Below, piece after piece: positions 40,576-55,035 of a stretch of DNA of 64,000 nucleotides. This DNA is from Antedon mediterranea (Eukaryota; Animalia; Echinodermata): the NCBI RefSeq assembly GCF_964355755.1, contig NC_092670.1, forward strand, positions 19,764,795 to 19,828,794. The letters run 5' to 3'. Below the pieces are notes generated by a model, which worked only from the letters and a program-made list of their open reading frames with translations, was not told where the DNA came from and did no database searches. A program made the translations under genes and the position numbers. The first letter of the stretch is position 1, and the number at the start of each line of letters is the position of its first letter.

Positions 40576-41944
40576 TTTTTATACAATAATAAGATAGTTT
40601 TTGCAGAAAATAATTTAGGAATTCTACAAAATATATATCACTTTTATAGAAGTGTAGATACACCTTAGTATTTAGAGTTGCCTAAGATAAGAGAGTATAT
40701 AACAACTAATCAATTCAATGGAATTTAATCACCAATGCCCTCAATTTTTCATACCGTGCATTTTGACTGAGTTACTGAATGCGTGTTATTAAGGACCATA
40801 AAGTCAAGGTCATAACATTACACAATAATGTACTGTATTATATGATCGATATTCATACAGCATATTAATATCTAGAATCACTATATATAGGCATCATGTA
40901 AACATAATAATGGTAGACATATGTAATAATGTGTTGATAATGGTGAACCATTTCGGTATGCTTTTATATTTATATATTAAAAAAACGCAGAAAGAATCGG
41001 ATTTTTTTAAAGTGTTCAATTACTTTCATATGTTTAATATTATACAAATAATAAAAGTATTACGTGGAATGGTTTGAATATTCAGTTGAAAGATCGACTA
41101 TATAACATGGGCATATCTATCCATAATTCGGTCTAGGTTTTTTATTTTTGGTCCGTTTTTTTCCCAGTTTATATACAATGCTTGGAGTTTGAATGACATT
41201 ATGTGCTATGTAGCAACCTCGCGTCTTCAAAGAGTTAAAAATGATACTCAGAATGATACATGCAGAAAAGAGCTGTACACTACACATTGGTTTTTGAAGG
41301 CACAACAGTCACAAATTCCATGTTTCACAAAATTCTCAAAATTATTTTATCGTGCAATAGTATACAAATAATGAATGTTTGTGACTGTATACTGCAGTGA
41401 ATGAAAAATAATTAACGCTATAAAATAACATTTCTCTCATACCACTCTAACAATATATAAATTGTGTACTCAATCACTGACTATTATTATTATAAATTCA
41501 CCTCTCTACTAAAGCAAAACAATTTACAGCATCTCATATGAAATGATTGATAACCTTAACAGCATATTAATATACTCATGTATGAATCAATCATATTAAT
41601 TATTTAATGTGTTTTCTTAAGTACCTATATTGAAAAACATGACGGTGTATGAACAATATAATCCTAAACCAAGGTACTAAAATAATAGTACTGAATTAAA
41701 TAATAATTATATTTATTTTTAGCGGTCCTTCATATACATATTGTTCAAAGGTTTTGTTTTTGGTTTAATGTTTAATAAATAAATATAAAAGATACTGAAT
41801 TGTGAACTTATTACATATCAAGGGGCCATGGTGATGTACATACAGACGCATTTAATAATAATATATTTTTTTTAAATCTCATAAATAATTCATTGGTGTG
41901 ATGTGTCCTTTAAAAAGTGTGGTCAGTTTAAAACATGGCCAACC

Positions 41945-42090
41945 AACTCCTATCCAGGAGGTTGGAAGGTTTGCCCTTTCAAACTGAAGACCAGTAGAAG
42001 TGACAATAATAACCTTTAGCCTATAGTTCATGATGATTTTTTGTGGGGATGAAATGAAAATCCCACTGTAAAAATCCTGCCTACAGGCTT
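41945..42090. mobile_element. Degenerate hAT-type MITE (related to 9069-9249)
   Basis: Right end AAAATCCTGCCTACAGGCTT; left remnant CCTATCCAGGAGG. Confidence 0.35.
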
Positions 42091-42210
42091 TCCTACCATA
42101 CTGGTGGCATGGCAGACCTCATATTATTGTAGAACATAACAAGAATGATTCATCAATCGCTAACATTTTAGCTTTGAGTGACCTAAAAACGCACAATATC
42201 AACCAGCTCA

Positions 42211-42246
42211 TTGCTATCATGGAGTAATAATACTCCATGTTGCTAT
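42211..42246. mobile_element. P-superfamily-like excision footprint (CATGGAG family)
   Basis: TTGCTAT + CATGGAGTAataaTACTCCATG (42218-42239) + TTGCTAT. Confidence 0.75.
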
Positions 42247-42813
42247 CCACACGCCCTCAATATAAATAATTTGTTTTACAGTACCTGTCTTAGCTGTATG
42301 CAGTGTCGTACAAAGGAAAATGCATCAATGGTAGATTTGATATGAAAGAGAAGAAACAAAAATAATTAATAGATTATAAAAAAATAGTCAAATAGTAGAT
42401 TCTTATTCAATTTCTTATGTTACCCAATTCCCTATGTTTAATTTCCAACATATAATTTTATTTTATTTCAATGTAGATGTATGGTTGCTAATTGAATAAA
42501 CAGTTAATAAGTTATTAAATGTAGTTACTGTAGTTAATACTGTAGTAGATCATTTTGACATGGTGGGGTGCAAAATGGTTTTACTATGTAAACTTATTTA
42601 CAAAGAAAATCATGAATCATGTTTATATTGACAACAACAACTTCCAATTAAAAAAAAACAGAGTGGTGTGTAATGTCCTACCATACTTCCTAATTAAATT
42701 AATGATTCTTATAATTTTAATTAAATAAAACCTTGAAAACATTATTACAAAGTTATGTGACTGAACATCAAGTTCAATACACTTTGATAGTAAAAAACTG
42801 GACACAATGTCAT

Positions 42814-42930
42814 AAGCTCTATCAAACTTTATGTGATGTGCACGTATATAGATATGATGGTATCATATCACTACCATATTTGGGCATATCACTACCATAT
42901 TTGAGCATATCACTACCCTATTTTGGCACA
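42814..42930. mobile_element. Partial inverted copy of the CTATCAAAC MITE family with 21-bp internal tandem x3
   Basis: CATATCACTACCATATTTGGG repeated three times; reverse complement of the unit inside 11558 and 16771. Confidence 0.75.
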
Positions 42931-45900
42931 AAATAATAATAATCATCTTAAAATATTTTATAAGTATTTTTTTATTTCATTACATAGCATATTCTCATAA
43001 CTAATGGTTTCTTTGCAAATAATGTGTGTATACATAAAAAATGATTCATTTTTATAATGTACTTCACATATCCCTTTTTAAAGAGGGTATAGGTACAAAC
43101 AGACCGATCCATTTTCATATTGTGTGCATAATTATAGTCATATGGAATGATTCATTCAGTAAATGTGTGCCATTAAATAACACTTTAGAACTGATCGTTT
43201 CTGAAAATAGTAATGTTCGGAATTATCAAATCTTCTGAGACTAATAATGGTTCATTGTTTATGAATGTAATAATTAATTTTGATAATTTCTAACGTATAG
43301 GTAGACTGTTGTCTGAAAAGATTACGTTATTAACTAGTAAATTCCTAATATTTCTTTAAATAGAAAGAGAGTACGGTACTGTAACTCCAACAACTGTGAG
43401 GCCATAATTGATTCTATGTTTCAACCTTTATTAGAACATTGTTAAGGATAACAAATATTGTGATATTATTTCTACAAGAACTGGCCAACAATCGGATCTT
43501 TATCTATTTATAATGTAGGCTATCAGTGAAACTTTCAGTTTTATATTGCTTTTATTCTATCTTATAGGCATAAACCATTTAATCATCTTTTTAAAAATAA
43601 CTTGAAAATACAAAAATATGTAAATGTAATAAATATTCTCAAGAAGACACAAGGCGGTGTATGAAATTGAGAATGATAATGATGGTATTTGAACCATAAA
43701 GCATTGGGAGTCATAGGCAGCCGATTTACAGTGAAAATGATAATATATTAGTTAAGTTCTGCACTTAATTTCAAAATATTTAAGCCCTTGGATCAGTATT
43801 TCATAATTGTGTACATTTAATTATTGATAATTTTATGACAACTCCACACACACCCCTTCATTTGCCTACAGAGTAAATTTCTTGGTAAAGAATAAATAGA
43901 TGATTGAGTTAAAGTGGATATATTGTAAACAACATATCAATTTACATAGTAATATCACAGAAGCATTTTTTTTACAATACATTATAATTAAAAAATAAAT
44001 AATTAATTTTAATTATCTTGAGTATATTTGGCAAGTATCCCCATATTGATAGATTAAGGGAAACATTTAATTACTTGAACCAAAATTACTTAATATTACT
44101 TGGGGCCTGCTATTGTTGCTGTGGTTTATTTGAAAATTGATTAAAAAATGTAATTTATATACCAACAAAATCATTTACGTTAGCAGTTGTCGACTAAAAT
44201 GCCATTATTCTCCAATAAGTGATGTGTTCAACCATTGTTTTAATTGCATTGTGGCAACAAGTTGCCTAGTGATAGCTAATTAAATGCTGTTACAACTAAC
44301 AATTTTAAGACTAAGATTTTAACCATTATTTTGAAAATGTCATTTTATATTTACTTACAACTTATCCCGTTTCTACTGTTGGGGGTAATTTATTCGCATG
44401 ATAGTTAACCGTTTCTGCTCACAGCAGAGACAGAGGCATTACATTTGCAAAACTACACAATACAGGATGTTCATTACAAAGTATATTATTAATTAATATT
44501 TTATAGTGCGAGTGTGTGATATTGTGGCTTAAATATTTTCAATCTTTTTCCAACTTTACAACCAATTGATATAAAATTACAGTACTTATTAAACTCTTAA
44601 TTATGGTAATTACTTAGTACTATAACCACCTTGGCAAGTGACCAAACATATTAGTTAGTATTACACCAACATTTTACTGTAGTTACTTATATTTACTACA
44701 GTTAAACAATAAGGTTTCAATAGTACAAACAAAATTGTGAACCAAATTCATGAAATAATTAAAAAAACAACTGGAGGAACAATTAATGAAACTACAGTTA
44801 GCAAAATTACTGCAGTTGGATTATAAACTTTTATTTGTAATTATCTGTATTTTCCTATTATTGTCATTTTACTTATTATGTGAAAATTTCCCTTGCGAAA
44901 GCAATCAGAAATAAAGATTCTGTTAAAGGTTCATTACAAATGTTTAGGAAATGGTAAACCCACAGATGCGTTTACTTTGAAAGAGGGTTAACACCAGATT
45001 ATTTATTTCAGGGAAATTGAAAATGAGGAGGTGGATACAAAAACAATTTGTCTACACACATATATCCTTCTTTCAAATTTGGTGTACATGACATTCTGTC
45101 AAATGACTCTTAAAAGTTGACCACATCCTTCCCGTAGTCTTCTAATATGTCAGCAAAGTTGAATAACTCAATAATTATTCTAAAACTTCTAAACTGTGTT
45201 GACGCCTCATGAATTATAACAATTAAAATATCAAATTAACCTGACCATTTAATTCTGGGATTTGTATGGTATAGAATAACAGACCCAGCAACTCCAAATA
45301 TCTCTGTTCTTTTTTCATCACTAATGGTAAAGATTTTCAGTTAAAATGTAAAATATTGGAGTATTTTAAATTAAATCTTGAACCACAAATAGAAAATGCA
45401 ATAATTCATCAGTATGTAAACCATTGTAGATAATATCAAATTAAATCAAGGCGACTTGACAAGATAAAATGTCAAAAAAGTTGCAAATTATGGAAATTAA
45501 CTAAATTTACCAAATTCTAAGACATTTCTCTATATGCTCTGTAAACCACCAATTACATACATTTTATTAGTATGACCTTTATTTGCTAGCAGATATACGA
45601 CAAGGTTCATTAAAAATGTTCTGAAATCAGAACTGAGACGCCCTCCAGAAAAAAAAAAACTATATTAAAGTAGTCACTTATAATTATGATCAACATGCTC
45701 ATCTCCATTGTCTGGTGACATAGAAATGACCCAAAAGATTGGATATCATTACATAATTTGTTGTCTTACATAGTGGTGGTTGTCAGTGTTGGCATTTACT
45801 ACTTTTGTACTGTTTTAAGATTATAAGTTAAATGCTTTTAGTTTTTAGATCTTTGGTTTATAATCATTTTAAACAAGCTTTGTTTTTCTATTTAAATTTA

Positions 45901-47139
45901 GAAGTTGTATAATGTTTTGCAGGCATTTAGTACTGTCATGTTTAGTTCATACCACTTGTTATTGGTAACTGTTTACATTGACATGGAACTCAGTTCACAT
46001 TTAGTATAAACTATTTCTGTCTAGCAAGTACTAACATTCTTAGTATTTTTAATCATCACCTCAACTTCTTGATGGCGTTTATGCATTAAAAAAACAAGAA
46101 AAGTGTTGATCTTTTTATTTCAGGGTAGACAGTTGGGTTAACGACTGAAAGGGTAAATAATCTTTTTTTTTAAATCATCCAGCAAACTATAGCGAATTAC
46201 AGAATAAGAAACTCATGCTTTGTACACAAAGTATCATATGAGGTTTAAGTGTCACAGGATTTGAACCACAGAATTAGTAAGCAGGCAACCACCAAGCCAT
46301 AGTTCCAATCCAAAGGGTCACAATTATATAACAAGCAATAATGATTTACGTCACACTAGAATGCTTCCAGTATTTCTTGTGGGCAGGATGTATCTGCTGT
46401 AACAAGACCTAATATCATATACCTTTCTTGAATAAGACTGAAAGAATGGTTTTCTTTAGGCTATGTTTTTCTCATCTATCACTCCAATTTACTACATTTC
46501 CAATTCTTTAATAAATTTATTCCATTATCTAAAGCATATCGTTCTACTAAGAGCTTGCTTGCTATTGCAAAATTTATCATTCTTATTTGTACAGATCTAG
46601 TCTACTGTTCTATTTTTAGTAAGTATATTTCACTTCGGAATCAATCAATAACTCATTGATTATCAATTCATAAATTAACCAGTTATTTTCAATGATTGAT
46701 GTGATTTTTCAATGACTGATGTGATTGATTGATCTATTGAGAAGGTGATCAATTAATCAATTTAAATCAGTGATCTTCAAGCAATAGTATCTATTACATT
46801 TCTATTATGTATCGTATATTTTAGGTAAGATCATCAGATCAGTTTTGAGAAATGAACGATTGAACACGGACTAATTGAACCAAAGACCTTCATAATACAA
46901 GCCAAACCTGTTAACCGCCACACCACTAAATTCATAATTATCTAATGTACTTTTAAAGTGAGTATATCATTATGGTTCATCAACAATGTGCTTAGAATTG
47001 GGCACATGAGGACAATAATCTAAACATTAAAATTCTTCTCATTAACTTCTTAGCAGCTCTGTGACCTAAAGTCAACTAACATTTTCCAATATTTTTCGCT
47101 TGATCAGCTACTATGAACTGATTTTCATCAATTACAAGA

Positions 47140-47289
47140 AAATAGCCAAAGGTGGTTAGAGGCTACAAACAAACTTCTTTTTGTTAATAAAGTGCCCTTT
47201 CGAACTAGAAGCGAAAGTGATGGTAAACTACCTCATAAAGATTTTTGTGAACAATGAATCCTCTTTTAAAAACTTTGGTTATGGGCTTG
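47140..47289. mobile_element. Degenerate hAT-type MITE (related to 9069-9249)
   Basis: TAGCCAAAGG near the left, AAAACTTTGGTTATGGGCTTG at the right. Confidence 0.3.
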
Positions 47290-49034
47290 TAAAGAGTCAC
47301 CTCTTTCACACACACATTGCTGCCCCATTTTAAAAGTTTGTATTTCTGAAAGCTATAGAACTATCACCAACACACAAAATGTTGAGGCTACAATCAGTTT
47401 AGAACACTAAACAAATTTTTTCCATTATAATTCCTGATTTCTTGTATATGTCACATATTTATACACTAGATTTCTCAGAATGAAGATGCTCAGAAGAGAT
47501 TATGGATATGGTCACAATCAGAGCTTAGCCACGTTTGATTACTATTATTTTCCTGTTTGACAGCTGCTAAAAGGTAAGGGAAATGTTTTTAACCACATAA
47601 TTTCTTCAGGCATTATAATATAATTATTATATATTCATCAGTTGGTAATAACAATTATTATGAACACCGATCTTAACACTGGTCCTAACTTAGAGCTGCG
47701 ACATTCATGTCGTACATACTGCCAATACTTGTATCAATAACTACATTAAAACCTGGAAAACACTATTTTATTAACATAAAATGGATACGTATATTACTCT
47801 GGTCCTAAGTATTGAAAATTACAAATCTGAATCAAATGCAATGAAACAAACGTGGCTTCAAAATACAATATTAACGAAATTAATCATAAGGTTCAAAGTA
47901 ATATCGAGATATTATGGAAACGTTATAATGTAATTAGTTATTACTATTGGATCAATTTCTATATATGGTAAATATTTTTTTAAAAATGATAGTGTATGCT
48001 GTTATTGTATAAGTTGACAGTATTTAAATAATCATTTCCTTTATGAACGTGACCATCATTACTGTCCATCAGAACATAAGCAACTGTTGACAGGTCAGTG
48101 TTATTAGTTTTGTTGATGAGTCTGGTAACTTAGTGACAATGCCAAAGTAAAATAGAATATATTTCCTGAAAATATCATAGATTAAATAGTGACCAGAAAG
48201 TTCTTTTGGCCAGGTGACCAGAACAAAATGACCATTGGATTCTGCTTTAATATATATTCGACCTTCACACATTTTTGGAAATAATCCTAAAATGATAAAA
48301 TAATAGCAGAAACTCTCAGTATGAACAATTAGTGGTTTAAAAAGTTTCATATTAGATATGTTTGTGTTTTCTCCTCACCTGTTAGACCTATCATGCTATT
48401 AATTGCCGTGTACCATCTGACAATTGCATAAAATCATGAAATAAAATCCCTATTTCAGATATCATTGAAGTAAGATAAGAAAATCAATGGTTTATTGATA
48501 TAGAAAACTTATTGTATGTTTGACCCTTAACAATTACATAACACAGTTAACACTCTTGTTTTTTCTGAAAAACAGATTAATTGGGTCCTCCCAGTAGGGT
48601 CAAATTTCTGGGTGTAGTATAAAGTGAATGTGTTTTTTACAAATATCTAAATGAAGAGCTATATTCCATCATTCATTCACACTTCCAAAATGTCATATCT
48701 CTATTTGTTACTCAGTAAAAAAAAAAATAAATTGATACTATTTTTATTTTCAATATATTTAACCTTTATAAAAGACATATACAAAGATATGATTGATATG
48801 TTTTCGTAGAAAAAAAAGTATCGTGAGAAAAAACGATGAAATAGAAAGATAAAACGTGCTCAAACCAACCAAAGTAACCGTGACCTATTTGGACCAAAAA
48901 ACAAAAACATATTAAACATCCTAATAATTAATGACTCACACCAATTAAATCTAATCTAATTTAGAAATTTTTATCTAATTATTTGTCATTAATACTTAAT
49001 ATAGTAACAACATTGTGTCATGAACATTTAAGTT

Positions 49035-49342
49035 AGGATGTATGTGTCAGATACAATCTGACTAAAAAAGAGTTGGGACTGGGCTGGTCAGTCAAAAAGG
49101 GACGGGTAATTACTATTTATTTAGTGATTATTGGCAAATGGTATAAAAGTAAGGAGGGATTAGAAAGGAAATCCTGTACTTATGTAAACATAAAAATATT
49201 ACAAGTCATAAGAACTATATGTTAAGATGTATCAGATGTAATCTAAGAAAGATGGAACTGGGCTGGTCAGGGGTGATTATTTTTATTTTAAGTGGTTAAT
49301 ATTGGTTAATTTAAGGAGTGATTAGAAAGGAAATCTTATACT
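49035..49342. repeat. Diverged tandem duplication, ~190-bp period
   Basis: ACTGGGCTGGTCAG and TAAGGAG.GATTAGAAAGGAAATC each occur twice, in the same order. Confidence 0.75.
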
Positions 49343-51499
49343 ACATACTGTAAACTATCCGACATATTTGAGAAAAAATGAGTAAAGAAGTTAATTATAA
49401 TACAATTAGATTTAAACGAAGTATAGCAGAAAAAATGGATGACACCTGTTATGTTATGCAAATATTAAGCAAAAATCTTTATAGCCAATCAACACTCACA
49501 ACGTACTGTTACTACTACTGTAATGTAAAAAATGTGAATTTATCATTTATAATAATAGATTTTTTGTACTTTTAAAAGATGAACAAGCTCATTTTTTTTT
49601 CAACAACAACGGAGAGAATGTCGACCTTTGACACATAACACACCAGTAATTGATCAGAAGCTAATTGTTATTTAGATAAGCTGATGGATAATAAGATCTT
49701 GTGGTATACAGGTTTTAGTGATCTTTTAAGTGATAATCGGATTAATATTCCTTCAAGAGGAATACTATTTCCATTACCTGGGAATTAGAGAATAAATTAA
49801 ACAACAACAATGATCAGAAATTTAAATTAGTCCCATTATTACAAAGTTTATGATGAAAGCTAAAAATAGATATTAAATTTATGACACAAGAGTTACTGCA
49901 GTAGAATTGTTTTGATGAAGGACTGTGTGGATGTAGATTCTCTTGATAAAGCTGATACATTATTCTTTTTATAAAGTGCAATCGGGTTTTGACATGGTTG
50001 CTAAGACAACCTTCTATCTCTCTATTACAATTTGTGACTTCAAGCGTTAGTTACATAAACGAGAATCAACATTTTATAATAGCCAAATTTTACCATTTCT
50101 GATATATTTTACCAGTTCTGTAAATAATATCCTTTCTCAAGTTTAGTACAAAAAACTTAAACATTGCAATGTCTCAATGTGTATATTGATGTATTTATTT
50201 TTACAATTTGGGAGTACAAGACCTTAGTATTTCCATATGGTGTTATTTTTTCATAGGCTTCTAGCTGGTAACTTTGAAAAGGGCACATCGGAAAACATGG
50301 AGATTTGTTTGAAACCTTGATCCTCCTACTTACTTGAGTAACATCATACATTTAGTTCAAACATGAACTGGGAAAGTCTCAACATCCTTTTAATATGTCT
50401 GCTCACCAAGCAAATAATACAGAAGATATGTGTTGCAAAGATTAAAAAATAATGAAAGTACTAAGAAGTACAGAGATGTTTTGTTCTATAAACATTATAT
50501 CTAAATATCCATAAATAAACTACCAGTTTTAGATCCATCATCATCAATATCAAATTTACGCTGACAGTTCTAAGAGGTAATGTTTTCTACGATCCAAAAA
50601 TGCCTGACAATGTCAAAAAAGCAATTGAACAAGAAATCAAATTGAAGCTTAAACATAAATAGTAATTCTTTTCTGCCGGTTGCTAGGGAACAGAATACTT
50701 ATTTGATGGTCTGTAATCAGCATTTTGATGAGTTAAAACTGAAAAATAACAACGCAATTTACTGCTGAAATGAATTAGTGGGCAGTTTTATGAGACCATC
50801 TTATTTTACAAATATTACTTTAAAATATTGTGTTCAGATTCAGAGAGCTTATTATAGCTCAATGTATAAACAGTGCAGATTTGAACAATGATGAGTACAG
50901 ATTGAGAGCTTCTATGATACCTATATCTTTAAAGAGCTGGGCTGACATTTATCAATCATTTGGGGCTTTGTCATCTAAGATTTTTAAAAATATTATAGGT
51001 TATTTTGAAAACTGACTTCGTATGCAAAATCATTAATTTTTGCTAACAATAATAAGGAATACTTTATTTTGACACGGGGAAGCTTGTGTTCTTCTACAAG
51101 ACCATGGTTACTTAAAGAGTACAAAAAAAAAACAAAAGGTAGAAAAAAAAAAAGAAAAAAGAAAAACAGAAACACTAATATTACAAAATAAAAGTACAAC
51201 ATTTAAAAAAATCATATCCAGTCAAGAAGAGACCGGTGGTATGGAAATAAGTACTGTAGTGTATGGTAAATGTTGGTGGATGTAGATGTCTCAAATTAGG
51301 AGATGGAAAAATATAAAAATAAATTTGAAAGGGCAGGAGAAGGCTTTAGAGGCAGATAAATAAAATTACACAAAGCAAGATCAAGAATACTAAGTTATGA
51401 AAATCTGCACATGCTTAACTCTACATCGGTGTTGTGACAGCTTTTGTTTTAGAATTGATGCTGTTATCTGGAAGTAGACAATTGTAACAACCTGCTATA

Positions 51500-51537
51500 C
51501 TTTGACCAGGGAAGAGTAAAATGTATACTCTTCCCTG
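51500..51537. mobile_element. P-like footprint (CAGGGAAG family) interrupted at its right end by the hAT element
   Basis: CTTTGAC + CAGGGAAGAGTAaaatgtaTACTCTTCCCTG (51507-51537); the partner repeat CTTTAAC (1 mismatch) lies at 52796-52802, beyond the hAT insertion. Confidence 0.7.
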
Positions 51538-52787
51538 CAGTGGCGTATCTAGGATTTTGAAGTTGGGGGGGCCGGGAATTGCCAATTTGCCGACAAAATT
51601 GGTGTCATTATCTGTACATACACGACGTCTCTGATCAATATATGTTCTAGGATTACATAGTCATATTGTCTTATATGGGATAACGATGCAAAATTAAAAC
51701 CAAACCAACATTATCTGTTAGTATGTTGTATTCATATTACAATAAAGAAAGAGTTAGGAAAATCTGACTTGTAGTTTTCGAAATATAGGGTCTAAAACAT
51801 CGCCGAAAATGATTGTTTTTAGCCACGAAAGAAGTAAAACAATTTGCGGCCTCAGTCGACAATTCTATTAACTACGCCATTTTTGGTTAAAATAATTACA
51901 TATAATTACGTTTTTTAGTAATTTATTTTATATATCACCATTGGAAATATCAATAAAACATGTTATTAAATGCTTATAAAATATATAAAGTTGTTTACTT
52001 AACGGAATTCGGACAAATTCATTGCTCTAACTTTGTGTAGTAACGATCAGCGAGATTCATGGTACACGCGCGAGAGAAAACATTCCGCTGCGGGTGATTC
52101 GCATCCACCAATCAAATCAGCTAGAATCCTAAATCATTCAACCGTGAGCAATGCCAATCGCGAGAAAGCTCAGCTTTGATTGGCTTACGATGACATCATA
52201 TCACAAAATGGTGGTTTTGTAGTTGAGCCTCACGGAATATTCTGTTCCAAAAATGAAATACATGGATATTTCTTATGGTATATGTGCTTTTTCTTTAAAA
52301 ATTTTGAATAATAAAGGCCTCATATCGAGAAAAAAAAACGGGTTTTTGGCACTTAATATAATAAATATATCTTAGACAAAAAAGCACATGGCATGTGGAA
52401 CTATATAATCTCTTAGCGTAGGAAGACATACAAATCTCAGGTTATGAGAGGCTCAACTGCATGCAAAAACAAGGTTTTAGGGTAAGGTCAAAGACTTTTG
52501 AGTAAACAATCTACCGCGTACGGCCGTACGTACGTGCTACACATTTTAAACGTGTTTCGTTAGATGTAATGAAAATCAAAAATAGTTGATCTGAAGGGAT
52601 CAATGATATGATATGTAAATAAACAAACACTCAAAAGAATTATGTTTACAGTTCAATTATTGTCAGAATAAATAGTTTATTTTTTTTCCCCGGCACCTTT
52701 GTTTGCCGACGGCCGCGATGATGTGCCGACGGAAACAAAATCAGGGGGGGCCCGGGCCCCCCCGGCCCCCTACTGGATACGCCACTG
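51538..52787. mobile_element. Non-autonomous hAT element, 1250 bp
   Basis: TIR CAGTGGCGTATC(T/C)AG, perfect 8-bp TSD CTTCCCTG (51530-51537 and 52788-52795), G/C-run subterminal palindromes, repeated GCCGAC motifs; no transposase ORF. Confidence 0.95.
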
Positions 52788-54795
52788 CTTCCCTGCTTTA
52801 ACTGCATCAGGTAATCAAAAAGTCTGGAATAAAAAACGTCACCGCAAGAAATGAATAAGAAACATTTATAAAAACTTTTCTTTTGACAGATTTCAGATGA
52901 AAATTGGCATTTTCATTTAAAAAAGGAAAGAGGTGACGGAGCAAAGGAAGTCACAATTAAATATTACAATACTACTGATTTTTGGAGCAGAAAGCGAAAT
53001 ATAGAATGATAGGTATAGGAACTAAAAAGGTAAGGAAAAACTACCTCCTGAATAAATTATTAAAGTTGAATGTTATGTTTTAAGATTCAGTTGTGAATAT
53101 GAAAAATAGGGGGCCAAAAAATATGATAATTACTGAAACAATAGTATCTGATTTTTGTTATCACATTTGACATGTTCCAATGCAGAAAAATCACAAACTT
53201 TTTTAAGCTGAACAACATTGCATTGTAATTCTCATGTTAAATTGACTAATTAACCTAATCAGTTATTTTCAATTTTGTTGTTAAATGGTGAAATTGAAAA
53301 AAAATAATAATAAAATAATCAACACAAAATGTTATAAATTCAATTTTTAATTGGCATATAGAAACATCACAAATTTGCAATCTAATGGAAAGTACCTCAA
53401 TCAAACCAAGGCTCAATAATTATTTGTGACAGTATTATATTAAACATGTGTGAAGTAGAGACATAAGGGAGGTAAAATCAATGTTGCTTATGTTGCCTAG
53501 CAGGAAGGGGTAATTATAGAATTACCCCATTTTTAAATATAAAACATGAAATCAAATATAATTAAACATCTAACTTTTTTTAAACACGAAACATTTATTG
53601 TATATTTTACAACACAATCCAAACTCAATCCACTGCGGTGTTTTCGGTAAAATTACGGCCAATATAACATTATTTTTTAGAATATATAAATATGAGTCTG
53701 AATTGTATCTGTTAGTTGAATCCTGGGAATTATTTTATAGTAAAAAAAATTACAAGTATACTTCATTATTTTATAAGTAGGCATTGAGGACTAATTTTGA
53801 GTTACTATTAATGAAGTTTTTATTGTGAAAATGAAAAATGTCAATTTAGATAATATACAGTAAAATTGAGGTTGAAAACATGAAGACGCCCTCAATGTGG
53901 TCTAAAACCCAAATAAATTAAACAATCTATCACTATAGGTATTATCCCCATTCTACAGGAATAAACCCATCCCGAAGTTTTGAGCACAGTAGAATCCTAT
54001 TAAAATGACACCTTTGGCACCTAAAAAAGTGTTACCAGGGATATTACTTGCTGTATGCCTACTTCTTACTGTATATAAAACATACAGCAAGTTTGAGAAA
54101 TACTTTCCGAGCTTACTTAATTACAACATCTAATAAAAAGAAAATAGAGCACACTATAGAAAGTTTATATCTCAAACGATAATGCTATATCAGACTTGAA
54201 TAGCAAGAGACAATATGGTTTATTTTTACAGATAATTACATCAAAGAATGTAGACCGCTCCAGAAGGAAACAAACCGAATTTACTATAAATTGTAATAGA
54301 TACTTTTGTATATACTGTTAAAATATATATGTCCTCTATGTCTATACTGAACAATTGGGTAAAGTTACTACGATAATATCGTCTGATATTTTTACAAACT
54401 ATCATTTTGTTTTTGTATTCTACATCAGTGACTCGGTAAATTAAACCAGGTCATTTTGTCAACAGTGAACTTTTCAGCTCAGTAAACATACAGGCTCGTT
54501 TAATTTTCCAGAGAATATTTCGCTCGGTTAAACTAAGTCGACCAAGTACATGGAACATCCACATCAAACTATGATAACATTTATTTAAACTTTAATCTAA
54601 AAAAATTATGACATATGGTCACCCAAAACTTAACTACATTTAAAAAAATTTAATACTGCTTTTGGACTCAATAACAAAATAAAGATCTTCTTTCATAAAT
54701 CAGAACAATAAAAAGAATTAACTTCCACAAATCAAAATAATAATAAAGAGTCCAGTTCAGTCACAAACTTTACCTTTTCCAAAAAACTCTATACC

Positions 54796-55035
54796 TTATT
54801 TTTATTTTTTTATTTTATGTCTTTAGGCAATGTGGCCAAGGATTACCAATAGTGAATTAATCACTGTCCTATCAGATAGGTGGTAATCCTCCTGATACAG
54901 GGGCTATTGTGTGAACCAGTTCACCGGGGTAACCCCCTACTCTTTTTCGAATAATGAACTGGGTTCTTTAAAGTACACACAGGTTATAACTGTGTACACT
55001 GGACCTACGGTTTATAGTCCTTATCCGAGAAGACT
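54796..55035 (-). mobile_element. 5'-truncated SINE with Deu/Nin-type conserved core
   Basis: Minus strand GTCTTCTCGGATAAGGACTATAAACCGTAGGTCC...TTAAAGAACCC...TTCGAAAAAGAGTAGGGGGTTACCCCGGTG resembles, from memory, the Deu/Nin SINE core; A-rich tail at 54796-54818. Explains ORF 54911..55171. Confidence 0.75.

Noticed and set aside
50334-50351. Tiny phase-0 starts before GTAAGT (MYDVTQ here; MD at 1347-1352; MKILFLSPIQ at 10864-10893)
   Set aside because: GTAAGT is frequent in AT-rich DNA, and several such short ATG-donor pairs are expected by chance; no supporting island.
53506-53530. Hairpin GGGGTAATTATAGAATTACCCC as another footprint
   Set aside because: No CA...TG termini and no flanking 7-bp repeat.
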